64,000 nucleotides of DNA from the human T2T-CHM13v2.0 reference genome, Homo sapiens: NCBI RefSeq assembly GCF_009914755.1, contig NC_060935.1; one strand, written 5' to 3'. The first letter of the stretch is position 1. The number at the start of each line of letters is the position of its first letter. Below, piece by piece: positions 48,948-64,000 of the stretch. Made by a program: the position numbers and the translations under genes. Below the pieces are notes generated by a model, which saw nothing but the letters and a program-made list of their open reading frames with translations, had not been told where the DNA came from and did not search any database.

Positions 48948-50086
48948 TGTGGTAGGCAAAATTCTAAGATGATACCCAATGGTCCTTGCCCGCATAAAAT
49001 CTCCCCTACGTATATTAAAACATCATGTTGTACACTAAATATATACAATTTTGTCCATTTCACCTTAATAGAGTAGAAAAGGGGGAAATTTCCTAACTTG
49101 ACTATGTGGGTAAAACATGAATACGATATCACTCCTGTGATCATAGGTTTGGATGTGGTTAGGGCCGCCAAAACTCATGTTGAAATTTGGTACCCAATGT
49201 GGCAGTGTTGGGAGATGGGGCCTAGTGGAAGGTTTCTGGGTCATGGGGGTGGATCTGTCATGAACAGATTAATGCCCTCACGGTGGTGGGGGGGGAGGTG
49301 AGTTCTTGCTCTCTCAGGAATGAATTAGTTCTCGAGTGTGGGTTGTTAAAAGAGTTTGGCTTTCTTGATTTGTCTCTCTTGCTGCTTCTCTCAACATGTG
49401 ATCTCTATGCACACCCACTCCCCTTCTGCTTTCCTCCCTAAGTGGAAGCAGCGTGAGGCCCTTACCAGATGCGGCTGCCCAATCTTGGACTTTTCAGCCA
49501 CCAGAATCATAAGCCAATTAAACCTCTTTTCTTTATGAATTGCCCAGCTTTAGGTATTCTGTTATAACAACACAAAATGGACTAAGATAATGTTATATGG
49601 CAAACGAAATTTTTGCAGATGGCATTAAAGTTACTAATCAGTTGAATAAAAAGGGATATTATTCAGATAGACCTTATCAACTCACATGAGCCCTTTAAGT
49701 CTAGGCTTAGAGATAGAGGAATTCAAGAGATTTCAGCAGTGGAAATATTCTGCTTGCCTTCAAGGAATAACTGCCATTGTGAGAGCCACATGGCAGAAAA
49801 CTGTGGGTAGCCTCAATGTTAATGGCCACAATCAGCAGCCAGTAAGAAAATGGAGCCCTCAGTCCTACATTGGCAATAAATTGAATTCTGCCAAGGACTT
49901 GAAGAATGAGCTTGACTGAGGAACCCCAAGCCTCAGATGAGATTGCAGCCTTGATATGAGCCTTGTGACACTGAGCAGAGAACTCAGTCACACCACAGCA
50001 GAAGACTTTTGCCCCAAGGAAACTGTCAGATAATGTGTTAAGCTAAGTTTGTGGCAATTGTTACACAGCATTAGAAAACTAATACA
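48948..50086 (+). mobile_element. MLT1E-like LTR interrupted by an MST LTR (about 49138-49589)
   Basis: tgtggtaggcaaaattctaagatg start, aaaactaataca end; nested caaaactcatgttgaaatt...aatggactaaga. Confidence 0.7.
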
Positions 50087-50621
50087 GGATCCCAAAAGAT
50101 AAGAGTTATCATCTACAGAAAATAGGTGGTATAATAAAGCTATAGAAGCTATAATTCCACCCCTTTAGAGGTTAACTTGTGAAGGTCAAAGAAATTGCTG
50201 ATAGCAAAATATGTGATGCTGGGGCCTTTCTCAAATTCCTCACTAACATTCATTCATTCTCAGGCTCTCAGATCTAGAGTCAGGTGGATCTGAGTCCAAA
50301 CCTGAGCTCTACCACTTAGCAATATGATCTTGGCCAACTTACTTAACTAGCCAGAGCTTGGTAAGTTGTGACGATTAATAGGAACTATGCATGTACAGGA
50401 CCCAGTACGTATTAAACACTCAAGAAATGTTAGATGATGATGATGTCAGCTTTATACACAAGAAATAGGGTTGACCTCTATGCCCCAAAAATAAGATGCT
50501 GAGACAAAAGGGATTCCATCATTTGCCACTTCTCTATTTTAAAATTCTGAAACACTCCCTATTGCCTATGTCTAAACTCCAAGAAACTCTTAAAACATGC
50601 CACTGACTTCACCTTTTCGTT

Positions 50622-50905
50622 TCTTGAGACGGATTCTCGCTCTGTCACTTAGGCTGGAGTGCAGTGGTGTGATCTCGGCTCACTGCAATCCCCGCCTCCC
50701 GTGTTCAAGCAATTCTCTGCCTCAGCCTCCCAAGTAGCTGGAATTACAGGTGCCCGCCACCATGCCCGGCTGATTTTTGTATTTTTAGTAGAGGCGGGGT
50801 TTCACCATCTTGGCCAGGCCAGTCTTGAACTCCTGACCTCAGTGATCCATCCACCTCGGCCTCCCAAAGTGCTGGGATTACAGGCGTGAGCCACCGCGCC
50901 CGGCC
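50622..50905 (-). mobile_element. Alu (AluS-like)
   Basis: Reverse consensus; TSD acttcaccttttc. Confidence 0.92.
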
Positions 50906-51467
50906 AACTTCACCTTTTCACTTATTATTCTGCCTGAACCAGCACCTGAGCTCCAAACCTTTTTTTCACCTGGTTGGTTGCTCTCTCCTGTACATATGCA
51001 TTCATACACCCCCATTATCCTGTATTTTAATTGTTAACCTGCCAATAATATCTCACTATATTGCACACTGCCCAATGGTTACATTTCCATACCCAGAGAC
51101 TATCAGAGTACCAGGCAAAAAGCAAATAAGCCATATATTTTTAATGAAATGAATGTTCAGTCTTCAGGCCTTTAAGAAAAGCTGTTCCTGGAATGAAGAA
51201 AAAAAAAACACCAATGCTGTGGTTGTTTCTACATTTCTATAGCGTGGTGTTTAAACACTTAGCAACTGCTCTCCTGCATACACTTGTGTAGAGAAGTGGT
51301 TAAACAATATTCTCATCCTTCTTTTCCCAAGGAGAAAACCAAAAGCATACCAACCTTAAATAACACACACAGAGGGCAATCTTGAAAGACCTAAAATGAC
51401 ATATCTAGCAAGAAGCTGGCAGCCAAGCTTGACGCCTGCCTGCCTGCCTGTTGGTTCACTAGAAGAA

Positions 51468-51620
51468 AGTGGTTCTCAAACTTTAATATGTATACCAGTC
51501 ACCTGAGGCTATTGTTAAAATGTAGTCTGATTCAGCAGGTTGCGGGGGAGAGGGAGAAGAGCCGAGAATGTGCAGGTCTAAAAAGCTCCCAGGTGATGCC
51601 AATGTTTCTGGTCTCCAGAC
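51468..51620. mobile_element. MER5A hAT MITE
   Basis: agtggttctcaaactt...tctgattcagcagg...aagctcccaggtgatg. Confidence 0.7.
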
Positions 51621-51633
51621 CTAGACCTCTAGC

Positions 51634-51900
51634 TTAGACCTGTGCTGACCAGTACGTTAGCCACATGCGGGTATTAAGCCCCTGAAATATGACTAGATAA
51701 GCTGTCAGTGTAACATGCCGATTTCCAAGACTTAGTTAAAAAAAAAAAAACTAAACTATCTCAATGATTTGTACAGACCACATTGAATTAATATTTTGTG
51801 TACTTTGAGTTAAATAAAATGTACTAGTAGGGTTACTTCCCTCTATATTTTACATTCCACACGTGGCTCGCATTATAGTGCTACTGGACAGCGGTGCCCT
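51634..51900. mobile_element. MER3/MER33-type hAT MITE
   Basis: tagccacatgcgg.tattaagc...tggctcgcattata...tggacagcggtg. Confidence 0.6.
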
Positions 51901-52084
51901 AAACTAACAACCGTCTCCATTCTGAAGCTTCCACTATTGTGAGACTTTAAGAATAAAAGCAACACCTCTCTTCCCATAGGTGGTTCGAAAGCACACCTTT
52001 TGTTCCCCAACTATCTACCAGAAATAAAACGAAAAAACAAAGATTTAAAAAACAATAAAATTGAGTCCTTTCACTTCTGCTTAA

Positions 52085-53000
52085 GCGCCACCTAAGCCAC
52101 TGCTTTTGTCTCCCTCCGGTTCCCACGCTCCGAGATCGTATCACCCACAGAAAAACAATAACTAAAAAGCGGTCTCCATCCCTGAAGCCAAGCTGGGAGA
52201 GTAGCCGAAGGTCGCGCTTCCTGGCCGCCAAAACCGAGGTGGAGGAAACTTGGTAGTCAGCGAGCTACGCCCTCTCGGCTCCTCCTCCTGCTCCTCCTCC
52301 AGGGCCGACCTCTTCAAGATGGCGGGCGCCGGAGACTAGCTTCCGCTTCCGGTGTGAGCGGCCCGGCCGGGGGGGCAAGATGGCGGCGGCAGTAGGGGTT
52401 CGTGGCCGGTACGAGCTGCCGCCTTGCTCCGGCCCAGGCTGGCTCCTCAGCCTTTCCGCCTTGCTGAGTGTGGCGGCACGAGGGGCCTTCGCCACCACGC
52501 ACTGGGTCGTCACGGAGGACGGGAAAATCCAGCAGCAGGTAGCGGCCGGGGCGTCCCTCTTCTCCCGTGCCCGCCCTCGCCCCGGGGGGATTACCCTGCT
52601 TGGCCCCTGGCTGTTGGGCTCCGCGCGGCCCCGCCCCCAGCCTACCCTCACAGGGAGGTGGCACCGCGACCTCGGACTCCCTGCATTCGGACCAGGCAGG
52701 CACTTCCCGCTCCCCACTTGTCTCCTGGTCCTCGTTTGGCCCCCTAGAAGTTCTCACCCTTCCACCTCGCGGGCCGCGCGCCGCGTGGGGAAGAGTCGCC
52801 CAGCTGCGGGAGACGGGCCCTACGGACCTTTTTTTAGCTCGGGGTTTAGAAATCACAGATTTCAGGATTCCTGCCTTTGGTGCCTCTCGGGTTCACGCGT
52901 CACCGGCCCTCCCCGAGGAAATAGAAAGCAGGTGGCAGCTCCAGGGTGTGCGCGAGTCCCATGGTATGACAGCTTCTGGACCCCTAGCCTGTGGACCATT
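52085..53000 (+). promoter_or_regulatory. TTC17: CpG-island promoter of TTC17
   Basis: High CpG density; tandem ETS/GABP cttccgcttccggt 52340-52353; YY1 motifs caagatggcg at 52315 and 52376. Confidence 0.87.
52380..52538 (+). CDS. TTC17: TTC17 exon 1 (tetratricopeptide repeat protein 17 N-terminus, signal-peptide-like)
   Basis: aagATGg Kozak; MAAAVGVRGRYELPPCSGPGWLLSLSALLSVAARGAFATTHWVVTEDGKIQQQ; donor CAG|gtagcg; 159 nt, phase 0; exon 2 not found in the window. Confidence 0.92.
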
Positions 53001-54768
53001 CGTGCTGCTCCCCTAGTCTCGTCTACCACATGGTGGATTTCGTTTCTGGTTGTGTTGGTTTCAGCTTGTACCGTTACTCAGGTCAGCAGTGGCTCATTAG
53101 AAACAACATAGAAACACTCCCCTTCAGAAGGAATGCTTGAAGATGCCGCTGGTGGCGTTGCCTGCATCTTTTCAGCTGTTACTGCCCTCGTTTCCCAGTG
53201 CACTTTGCTTTGTTTCTTTACCTAGTTCTTGTGACCCAGCCTCGCATGGAGGATATGCGATTTCCTGGATTCTTGTATGCCTGAACTAATTCCTCAGAGG
53301 CGAGACTGCTTTTCTTATATAACTTTATGATTGCCTGCGTTTTGTAAATGCTGCTGATGCCTAACGAGTGCGTGTGTGTGTTCCGCTACAGAATATTGGT
53401 AAACTTACTGACTTCGAACACTTGAGGACAATCTTGAAGTGTCTAGCAAACATTTAGAAAGTGAATTGTGTGCCCCATGCAATTTAGCCCACTGATCTAA
53501 AACGTTTTAACTAGTGTGGTGGGAAATTACTGGTCCTTTGGATTGTGTGTAATGAATCATGATAGGAACACATTCCAACGTTTAAGGTGAGGTTTAGATT
53601 TAGATTTGCCGTGTAATGTAATTGCAAATTCTATCTCAAGTAAGTTAAGTATAACTAAAAATCCGCCTAGGTATTCATGAGTGGTTTTCAGCATATCTAA
53701 GAAAAGACCGTGTTCCTATTGGGTAACGTTTTCTATATGACATACATAAAGAACAGTTTCCTTTTCATTGCCATACTATCTGAGACTTTAAATATATGTG
53801 TATGTGTTTCAGAAACCCAAGAAAACACTGTAAGACCATATGTGAGTGCTGGTTGCTTCCACCCTTCTTTTGTTTCTTGATAGTGGTTTTCCCTGAGGTC
53901 TCTATGAAGACGTGGAATTAAGTCACTCCTGCTGCATTTTGGGGAGCCTTTCTCCTGTTGGCTCTTCTGCAATATTGTTTTTGGCCACAGCTATTTATAC
54001 TCTATGACATTGACTTCTCCTTCCCATTTTGGTGTCCTACCACTCAGCTGAAAAAGTAGCCCATCTAAAAAGTGAAAGCTGGTAGAAATGTTTTATGTAT
54101 ATACTTAACATTGCAATGGGAAAGTAGAGTCTGATTTTTTTTTTTTTTTTTAACAAATTCCTTCTTTTTGCACTTTGGATACATATGTATTAATGGGGGA
54201 AGGCAGGGGTTACTGGAAACTTGCCTCAGAGAAGCAGGGAAGAGCTGAAGAATCTTTTGGATCTCTGCCAAGTCACTGCTGAGCTAAGTAATTAGGCTTA
54301 AAGTTTAAAAAGCAAGATTTCTCTATTACATGACTTTTTAAGTGATCCTTTTCATTGAATTTTCCAATACTTTGCTATACATAACATTTACAATGTTATG
54401 TTCAGGCAGCCACAAGATTTTATGCCAGAAGAAATAAGGTTGGTGTCTGCAGTGTAACAATAAGAGGCCAGGGGAGGAAAGTTGGATTTAATCTGAAGAA
54501 AAGGCACCACATATAAATAAAGTAAAAGAATTGGGTGCTGTGGTGAGCTGCCGAGTTCCACTCTGATAGCTGATTGTGCATGACCCATGCTTCCCTTCCT
54601 GGCGATAATTTGTATGCAGGTAGAATCCAAACTATCAATTTAGATCGTGATTAATTATAATATTTGTATATACTGTACTTAAGGACTTGAAAGATCACAT
54701 TAGTGTATGAAATCCATATATATTGCAGATTTGTACATTCAGAAACATAATTAAAAGCTTAGTATATA

Positions 54769-55122
54769 CAGATGCTCCTCAGCTTATGAAGGGGTTATGT
54801 GCTGATAAACTCATTGTAAGTCGAAAATACTGTAAGTCAAAAATGCATTTAATGTACCTACCAAACATTGTAGCTTAGCCTAACCTACCTTAAACGTGCT
54901 CACAATACTTACATTAGCCAAATTTGGGCAAAATCATCTAACAGCATCTTTTACAATAAAGTATCAAAATACCTCATGTAATTCATGAATACTTCACTGA
55001 AAGTGAAAAACAGAATGGTTATATGGGCACTCAGTACAGTTGCTACCAAATGCATGTCACTTTTGCAGCATTGTAAAGTCAAGAAATTATAAGTTGAACC
55101 ATCGAAAGGTGGGGACCATCTG
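54769..55122. mobile_element. MER47A Tigger MITE
   Basis: cagatgctcctc...ggggaccatctg termini, TA flanks. Confidence 0.85.
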
Positions 55123-55405
55123 TATACTTTGTCCTGACATACCAAATTCTTGCTGCTTATTCTTGGTTACAATATTTGAATGAGAGCATAAGTGTGATTT
55201 CAGTTTTAAAGTGACCTACTACCAGGCAAAGGGCTAAGGGCTAACTGGATTAACAGCTTTTAGAAAATTAGAGTGGTACATACCTTTTGAGAACCTTTAA
55301 TATTAAACACACCCAGATTAGATATATGGGGTCATTGTTTTCCACAGTGATCATAAAGAAGTACTTATGACTTAAAAATCTGAATTGTCCAACCATCATT
55401 ATAAC

Positions 55406-55730
<325 letters not shown>

Positions 55731-56026
55731 CATTATAACTTTTTAAGTACATCAAGGAGTCTTTCCCAGGAGAGATGAAAATTCATTTGATTTTTTATAT
55801 TTCAAGGTTTAGCAGACAATAAAGATAGGCACCCACCAGTTACATACCGCAGACTTGTCAACATGCGTATGTATTGGAAATGGTACATCCTTTGGTGGGT
55901 TGAAAAGGGGGTTAAGTAAGAGCAAGGAGCATACATTCCTGCAGGCAACCTCTTCACAGTCAGAGCTGGGGCTGCTGCAGGCAGCAGCTGGTGTCCATTA
56001 CTTGGCATGATGGTTAAAGGAATTAT

Positions 56027-56170
56027 TTCTTTTTCTTTTAGAGATGGGGGTCTTTCTTTATTGCCCAGGCTGAAGTGCATGGTTACTCCCATGCATTGCA
56101 GCCTTAATTGATCTTCCTACCTCAGCCTCCTGAGTAGGTGGGACTACAGGCTTGTGCCACCATGCCCAGC
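56027..56170 (-). mobile_element. Free Alu monomer
   Basis: gagatgggggtc...cctcagcctcctgagtag. Confidence 0.7.
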
Positions 56171-57460
56171 AAGTTGTTGCATTTCACAATCCCTGCCTCA
56201 GCTAGGAAGCATACCTTCCCCAATTTTTAGGTTATGTTTACTGAGCTGCCACTGAATTCCCAAATATGGTCCAGGGAATCCTGGAGCTGGGATGTGGAGA
56301 GAACATTCCAGTCACTAAGTTCCTTTTCCACTGGTGTCAGGGGAAGGCTAAGAGAAACCCCGTCTTCTTCTCCTCTCCGCTCTGTGCTGTTTTCCTAGCT
56401 TTGGGCTTTGACATACCTCTGATGCCCTAGTGTCTGTCGCTGGTACCTGAAACCTAGTAAGCCCATCTCACTTTATTTAAGCAGGGGTCCTTAACTTCGA
56501 CCCCATGGACTTAAGAAGTGAGCTATTATAATCTAGTTACTAAAAGGAGCACTAGCGTAATCAGGCCTGTGGCTCTTTTGGTTGACTTTTTGAAAAATAG
56601 GTTTCAAGATAAATTTTGTGTTGTTTCATTTTGATGTTGTTTTTGCTTAATCCCTAGTTTGGCAATATCTACTTTCTGTATTCTATTTTCTATTTTTTAA
56701 TCAGTGTCTGGTAATTTACTTGCATCAAAGGTTAAACTTGTGAATTTGCCTAAGAGCCTAACCACTCTATGGCACTTCATTTTGTTGAAAAAAATGTATG
56801 TTCCATGCTCTAGGTAGCAGCTAACAGAGAAACTCTTGAAATGTTACCAGTTTGTTAGTTGTAGCCTTACTGAATCAAGAAGTTGTATTGCTAGTACTGA
56901 GTTCTCTGCCTCTGGATATTCTTTTTCTTCATAATTGGAGGGCTAAAAATTTAAGTAAATTAAGAGTATCATCTGTATCAGCTGTCTTATACATTTTAAT
57001 ATTCGTATTCTTTGTCACTATTTCCCTCTTCTCCAATCTTACTTAGAACTGTGGACTTTCAGATTTGGAAAACATTCTTAAAGATTATGTAGTACAACTC
57101 CTAAGAGAGAAAGTCACTCAAAGTCGTGTAACTAATGTGTGGCATTTCGTGGCAATAGTAAGTAAAAATGGATTAGTCTGCAGTAGCATGCAAGTGAGCA
57201 CCTTGTACTCAGTAGATTTTTTTTCCTCTCATAACACTTACAAATGAAGGACTACAAAGAAACATAAAAGCAAAAATGAAAATAATGAAGTAAAGGTATC
57301 TTCTTTTCCAGTTTGCTTTATCTCCATAGAATGTTTTGTGGTAACTTAAGATTCAGGGTAAGTGGGTGTGGAAGGGTCCTAAATAAGTGTGAGTTCATTC
57401 GGCATTTACTTAATCGTTTTGTCCCCCGGTCAGGCCGGTATCTTCGGAGTACAGATCCTC

Positions 57461-57784
<324 letters not shown>

Positions 57785-58203
57785 TGAAGGCCTGGTTTAA
57801 TTTTGGTCTGATGTTAAGTAATTTGGTTAATCTGGGAGAGAGCATCCATATGGCACTGTGAAGCTGACAGCTTTATTTCTGTACTTTTCAAAAGTAACTC
57901 ATCTTTTTTTGTCATAAAGGACTGTTTCTATGTTTATACACTTCCAGGATTTAGTTACACCTGGAGAGGTCATGGTGGTTATTCACTAATTTGCTAGGCA
58001 TCTGCCAAACCTTTGCAGTTTGTCCAAGACCTTTGCTTCAAAATGATTCTCATTCAGTCCATTTTTTCAGATATTGTCCACTATTATTTTTCTTCTTATA
58101 AATTACTGAGATTCTGACTTTGTTTATGCTGTAGGGCAGTGAGAGGAGCTTGGAAATGTACAGAAATAAATTAGAACTTTAAATAATTTTCCCACTTTTT
58201 CAA

Positions 58204-58978
<775 letters not shown>

Positions 58979-59057
58979 CAGCTCATCTCCTTCTTAACTT
59001 TGTTGTTTTTGTTTTTGTTTCTTTGCCCTTGCTCTTTTTCATACTCACCCTTTAGAT

Positions 59058-59240
59058 AAGTAGTTCTCAAACTTTACCTTGTACAAAAATAATTGGGGAA
59101 TTGGGAGTTGCTTGCTTAAAATGCAGATTTCCAAGACACCCAGAGTATCTGATTCAGTAGGTTGGTGGTAAAGCGAAGGATTCTACATTTTTATCAAACT
59201 CCTTGGGAGAGTATAATGCAGGTAGACCACACATAGTCTA
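59058..59240. mobile_element. MER5-type hAT MITE
   Basis: agtagttctcaaactt...aaatgcagattt...tctgattcagtagg. Confidence 0.6.
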
Positions 59241-59398
59241 AGAAATTCAGTTTTAGATATTGCCATCCTTCCAGCTTCTGTTCCAGTTTTTTTAAACTCT
59301 GTACATACACCTGAGCATCAGTTACCATATGTATGCTGAGAGTATCTGCATTCCTTTTGTAACTTAGTTTTTTTCTCCAGAGTTGTAGATTTAAGACC

Positions 59399-59532
<134 letters not shown>

Positions 59533-59711
59533 GTTCACGTCAGAAATCTAGTTGTCTTTAATTCCTTAGTCTCCCTTAGCCATCACCAAGATCTTTGTTT
59601 TACTAATTATATTTTACTTCTTCCCATAGCTACTATCATTACTCTAATTCAGGCCACCTTATTATTGCCGCAGCTTCCTGTTCTTCTCCTTTGTTTTATT
59701 TAATTAAAAAT

Positions 59712-60022
<311 letters not shown>

Positions 60023-61122
60023 CTATGCACTCTCACTCCCCAGGGAAAGCTACCTTTAATAGTTTGGTGCATATCCCAGGATATGGTCCAAACTCTTTCT
60101 ATTGACAAGGTTTTGGTGGCAGGGAGGGAGACAGATTCTCGAACATATCTTATGTGACCTGGCCCTTCCTCTCTAGCCTTATCTCGGGTCATCCTTGAGT
60201 ACCCCACCCTAACCCTAGAGTAACACACACAGCCATACTGACTTAGCTTTTGTGAGCATCCCCAAATATGCCGTGTTCTCACTTCTTCTGGGCCTTTGCA
60301 TATGTTGTTCTTCCCCCAACACTCGAGTCTAGCTGAGTCATACTCGTCATAATATAAACATCATTTTCTCAGTGAAGCTTCTGGTATGCCCAAATTTGAA
60401 TAAGCTGTTCTATGTGCTTCCATAGCATCCTGAATTCCTTTATGAAAGGATCTACCATACTGTGTTGGGCCTACCTACTTAGGTAAATGCCACACTAGAC
60501 ATTTCTCAATGAATCCTTATAGTATTCAGTAATATTTTAGTCATCTGGGGACTAAGCCTAAAAGAAGCCTCAGACTTCCATGTCTTTAAAGCTTTGAGTC
60601 ACGCATTATTGAATCAGCCCGTAGGCCCTCAGAAAAGGTGCACAGTAGATGAGAAGAGCCATAATTTCAGAGATCATTCCTGCTTACCTACTGTAGTCAT
60701 GTTGTGTTATGCAAGGGAAATCATCCTCGCTGTCTTTGTACCAGTTTAGATATCTAAAAGGTCAACTTTAATGCGCAGGCATCAAAAAGCAAAAAGTATG
60801 GGGCAACAAGAGACAATGAAAAAGATAAGCAGAAGAAAATAATCAGAAAAAACAGAGGCGTGGTAGATGAGAAATGGCAGCTGCACTGTTGAGGAGGGAT
60901 TAGAACCAGCTGTGGGGTTCAGCAGTTGTTGCAGTTTAGAAGTCACTCTGGTGAAAGTAAACAGAAGGCGCTCTGATAGTGAAGAATAAATAAGAGGGCT
61001 CACGAGCTGCTCACGTCAAAAATTAGAACAACTTTGCATTCCAAAATGTTAAGGAGCAGGGTGTAAGCTAAAACCTGCGTCTCAGCTGTACTCCTTGATA
61101 GCAGAAGTGAAAACAAGGGGAA

Positions 61123-61126
<4 letters not shown>

Positions 61127-61159
<33 letters not shown>
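61127..61159 (+). repeat. (TG)n microsatellite
   Basis: About 16 TG units. Confidence 0.95.
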
Positions 61160-61160
<1 letters not shown>

Positions 61161-61479
61161 TCTTTTACAGACAGACACCCTAAAAGAGTTATTTGTGCTC
61201 GTGGAGTCTCCTCTCTCTTCCTTTTTTAAGCCCCCTCCAATTCATCCTTCATCCCTATAACTCTTGTCAAGATACCCAGAGCCTATGCTCAGTTCTCACT
61301 AATCTTAAGTTCTTAGCAGCCCAGCATTTGTCTTCATATCTTACTCAGCTATTTTCTTACATGCTTACCTAAAAGAGTGGCTGACACATAGTATACACTG
61401 AGGAAACACTGAGTAAGGGAGAGAGAATGTGTGCAACTAAGCAACTTTTTACACCTGTAATAGCTCTTACATGCATTAG

Positions 61480-62500
61480 CATACAGAAGAGCCAACACGT
61501 ATTCCTGGTTTTTCTTCTCAGTCCCTGGCCCTGACTTCTCATTTTCTTCTGCTGAATTCACCTTTTCTTGATGAGTCTTAGGTGTTGGTGTGCCCCTTTT
61601 CTTCCCTCTGTACATATGTTCACCAGATGATCTTTTGCAGTCTCGGGGCATAAAGTACCATTTATATTCTAAAGACTCTCAAATCTTACGTGCAGTTTCA
61701 ACTTCTTCCTGAACTTCAGACTCATATATCCAACTGCCTACTGAACATCACCATTTAGTTGTCATCACAAATACATCATGTCCTAAACTAAACTCTTGAT
61801 TTTCTACCCCACCACACCTGATCTTCCCCCATTCACAAAATTGCCCAGGTCCAAAATTTTGGTATCTTCTTGACTCTTTCTCATATCTCAAACCCAACGT
61901 AGTAATAACTTGTCAGCCCTACTTCCAGAATGTTTCCTGAATCCAGCCATGTCTTTCCACCTCCATTTCTGTAATTCCAGTCAATACTGTCTTCATCTCT
62001 TTGCAGAACCTATGCAGTGGCTTCCTACCTGGTCTCCTTGCTTCTACTTTTGTCCCCTAGATCTGTTATCTCCAGAGCAGCCAAAGTAATCTCTTAAAAA
62101 GCACAGCTGGTCATGTCACTCCCTTTGGGATAGGAGGGAAACAAAGAACATCAGAAAATCTTCAGTAGTTTCCCATCATACTTAGATTAAAATCTGGAGT
62201 TTTCCTTATGGCCTACAAGGTCCTGTAAGATCTAGAACCTGGCACCTGTCTTCTCCTCCAGCCTCAGACACCACTTTCTTTCTTGTGTGGTGTGGTGTGC
62301 TCTGCCTCAGCCATACCAGCCCTCGGGATGTTCTTCAAACCACCAAGCTTGATTCTGCCTTTGGACCTTTGTCCTTGCTTCTTCCTCTGCAGATGGCATC
62401 ACGGCTCAGCCTCTCTCTCCTTTCAGGTCTCTTTTCACATGTCATCTCTTGTTCTAACTAGTTTTATCTAAAACAGCGTCTATTTGAGCCTTGACTATTG
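61480..62500 (+). mobile_element. L2 LINE fragment
   Basis: catttatattctaaagactctcaaatc...cagactcatatatccaactgcctact (decayed HLYADDSQI...ISNCLL) and downstream L2 3' region. Confidence 0.75.
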
Positions 62501-63014
62501 TGTCTTGATCCAGCTTTTCACTTACCTTCCTTTTAGAGTTGCAAATGTTCTACTTTATTAATTATGTTATTTGTATATGCCCTGGTGACATGAATTAGAA
62601 AATGTGGACTGGTAGCACTATTATAGGAAGTTACTCATTTGTGGTTCATGTTGAAAATGGTTACTAACTTGCTTGTCAATTAGGAGAATGGTGATTGTTT
62701 ACAGACATGAATATTCTCATAAAATTGACTGCAACACTATAGATGTTCAAATCTAGATAACAACTGTGCAATACGTGTCCCTTACCTAGATTATTTTATG
62801 TAAATTTACAGCTGTAAGGATACATTTGTACATTTCAGGAACTGTGAAAATGAGAAGGTAAAATCCAGTTGAGGGTAAAACTTTAGAAAACAGGGATATA
62901 AGGCCATGGAAATTCAGGTGATAGTCAAGGTTTAGCATGATAGTCAAGGTTTAGCATTTTCATTAATTTGAAGTTTGTTTTTTCCTTTGATGACTTGATA
63001 TCCTGTAAGATTAA

Positions 63015-63327
<313 letters not shown>

Positions 63328-64000
63328 TCTGATTTTTCAAAAATACTGTACAAGTACTCTAGCTTCAAAAAGTCATAATTAACAAATATATTTCCAAATC
63401 TTGGCAGTTCATTATAATAGTTTTCTCAATCTCATACAATGAAATGTTTCTAGTAAAAGATCTGTTTATATTACACATTTGTTTTGACAGTTATAGCCAG
63501 GAGCCCATGCGTATCTCTCTCAAGAGTGGAAGCTGGGCTGCTATTTTTGCGAACCTGTACTTCTCTAAACCTCAAAGAAGATGTAAGCCCATGATGGTTA
63601 GACTTGAATCCTGAAGAGATAATTCCATGAGAAGTGGAGCAACAGACTTTCTGCCTGCGTCATTCCATCCCTGTGAAACTCATCTTGCTTGCTACCATAG
63701 TAGCCTGGAAGGGATCGCAAACAGAAGGGTCTCTTAGACAATCATTTGATTGTTTGAGCTAGATTTGTGATAAGGGTAAAAATCTGAGGGAAGAAAGGTA
63801 AGGAGCAAGAAAATACAAAAGATGTTTCATTTTTGAGATGTTCTACCTTGGTCCTTATCTGTGAGAGGAATTTTTTTTCTCTATAAGTGAATACACGAGG
63901 GAAAAATACAAGATTCTTCCTCAGACCTAAGCTTATATTTGTCATTACAGTTTGTTTAAGGAAAAAAAAAAAAAGATAAAACATGTTACGTAGTGTTCTA

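Noticed and set aside
52265-53111. Long ORFs (150-243 aa) over the TTC17 CpG island
   Set aside because: Only the first 53 codons of 52380.. are TTC17; the rest is intron read-through or GC-rich shadow ORFs
62919-62957. Perfect 19-bp tandem duplication tgatagtcaaggtttagca x2 (also a 12-bp one at about 21942)
   Set aside because: Adjacent slippage-type duplications are common, with no functional clue

Overview
Primate (human-like) genomic DNA containing the complete 14-exon API5 gene (+ strand; ATG 5564, last coding exon 35859-35941, distal poly(A) signal about 37938) and the CpG-island promoter, exon 1 and start of intron 1 of TTC17 (+ strand; ATG 52380). This is the API5-TTC17 locus known from human 11p12-p11.2. 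The exons reconstruct three alternative API5 C-termini (524, 504 and 510 aa). A full-length young LINE-1 (L1PA2-like, - strand, about 39419-45558 with TSDs) lies between the genes. Its ORF1 and ORF2 are broken only by nonsense codons, its antisense ORF0 is intact and points at TTC17, and it carries a 58-nt 3' transduction with a second poly(A) tail. API5 introns also hold a full-length Hsmar2 mariner, a Y4 RNA retrocopy inside Tigger2a, a triple-nested LTR/DNA-transposon/LTR stack, an old L1MA and many Alus. I found no convincing new multi-gene system. The most unusual signals are three short direct-repeat 'doublets' within API5 (0.9-1.8 kb spacing). One copies the end of exon 10 with its splice donor as a possible in-frame 30-nt micro-exon, one replaces an internal L1 deletion at a microhomology, and one brackets exon 5. 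An AT-only palindromic minisatellite also sits directly upstream of the API5 promoter. Repeat family names come from recalled consensus sequences, and repeat boundaries are approximate unless a TSD is given.
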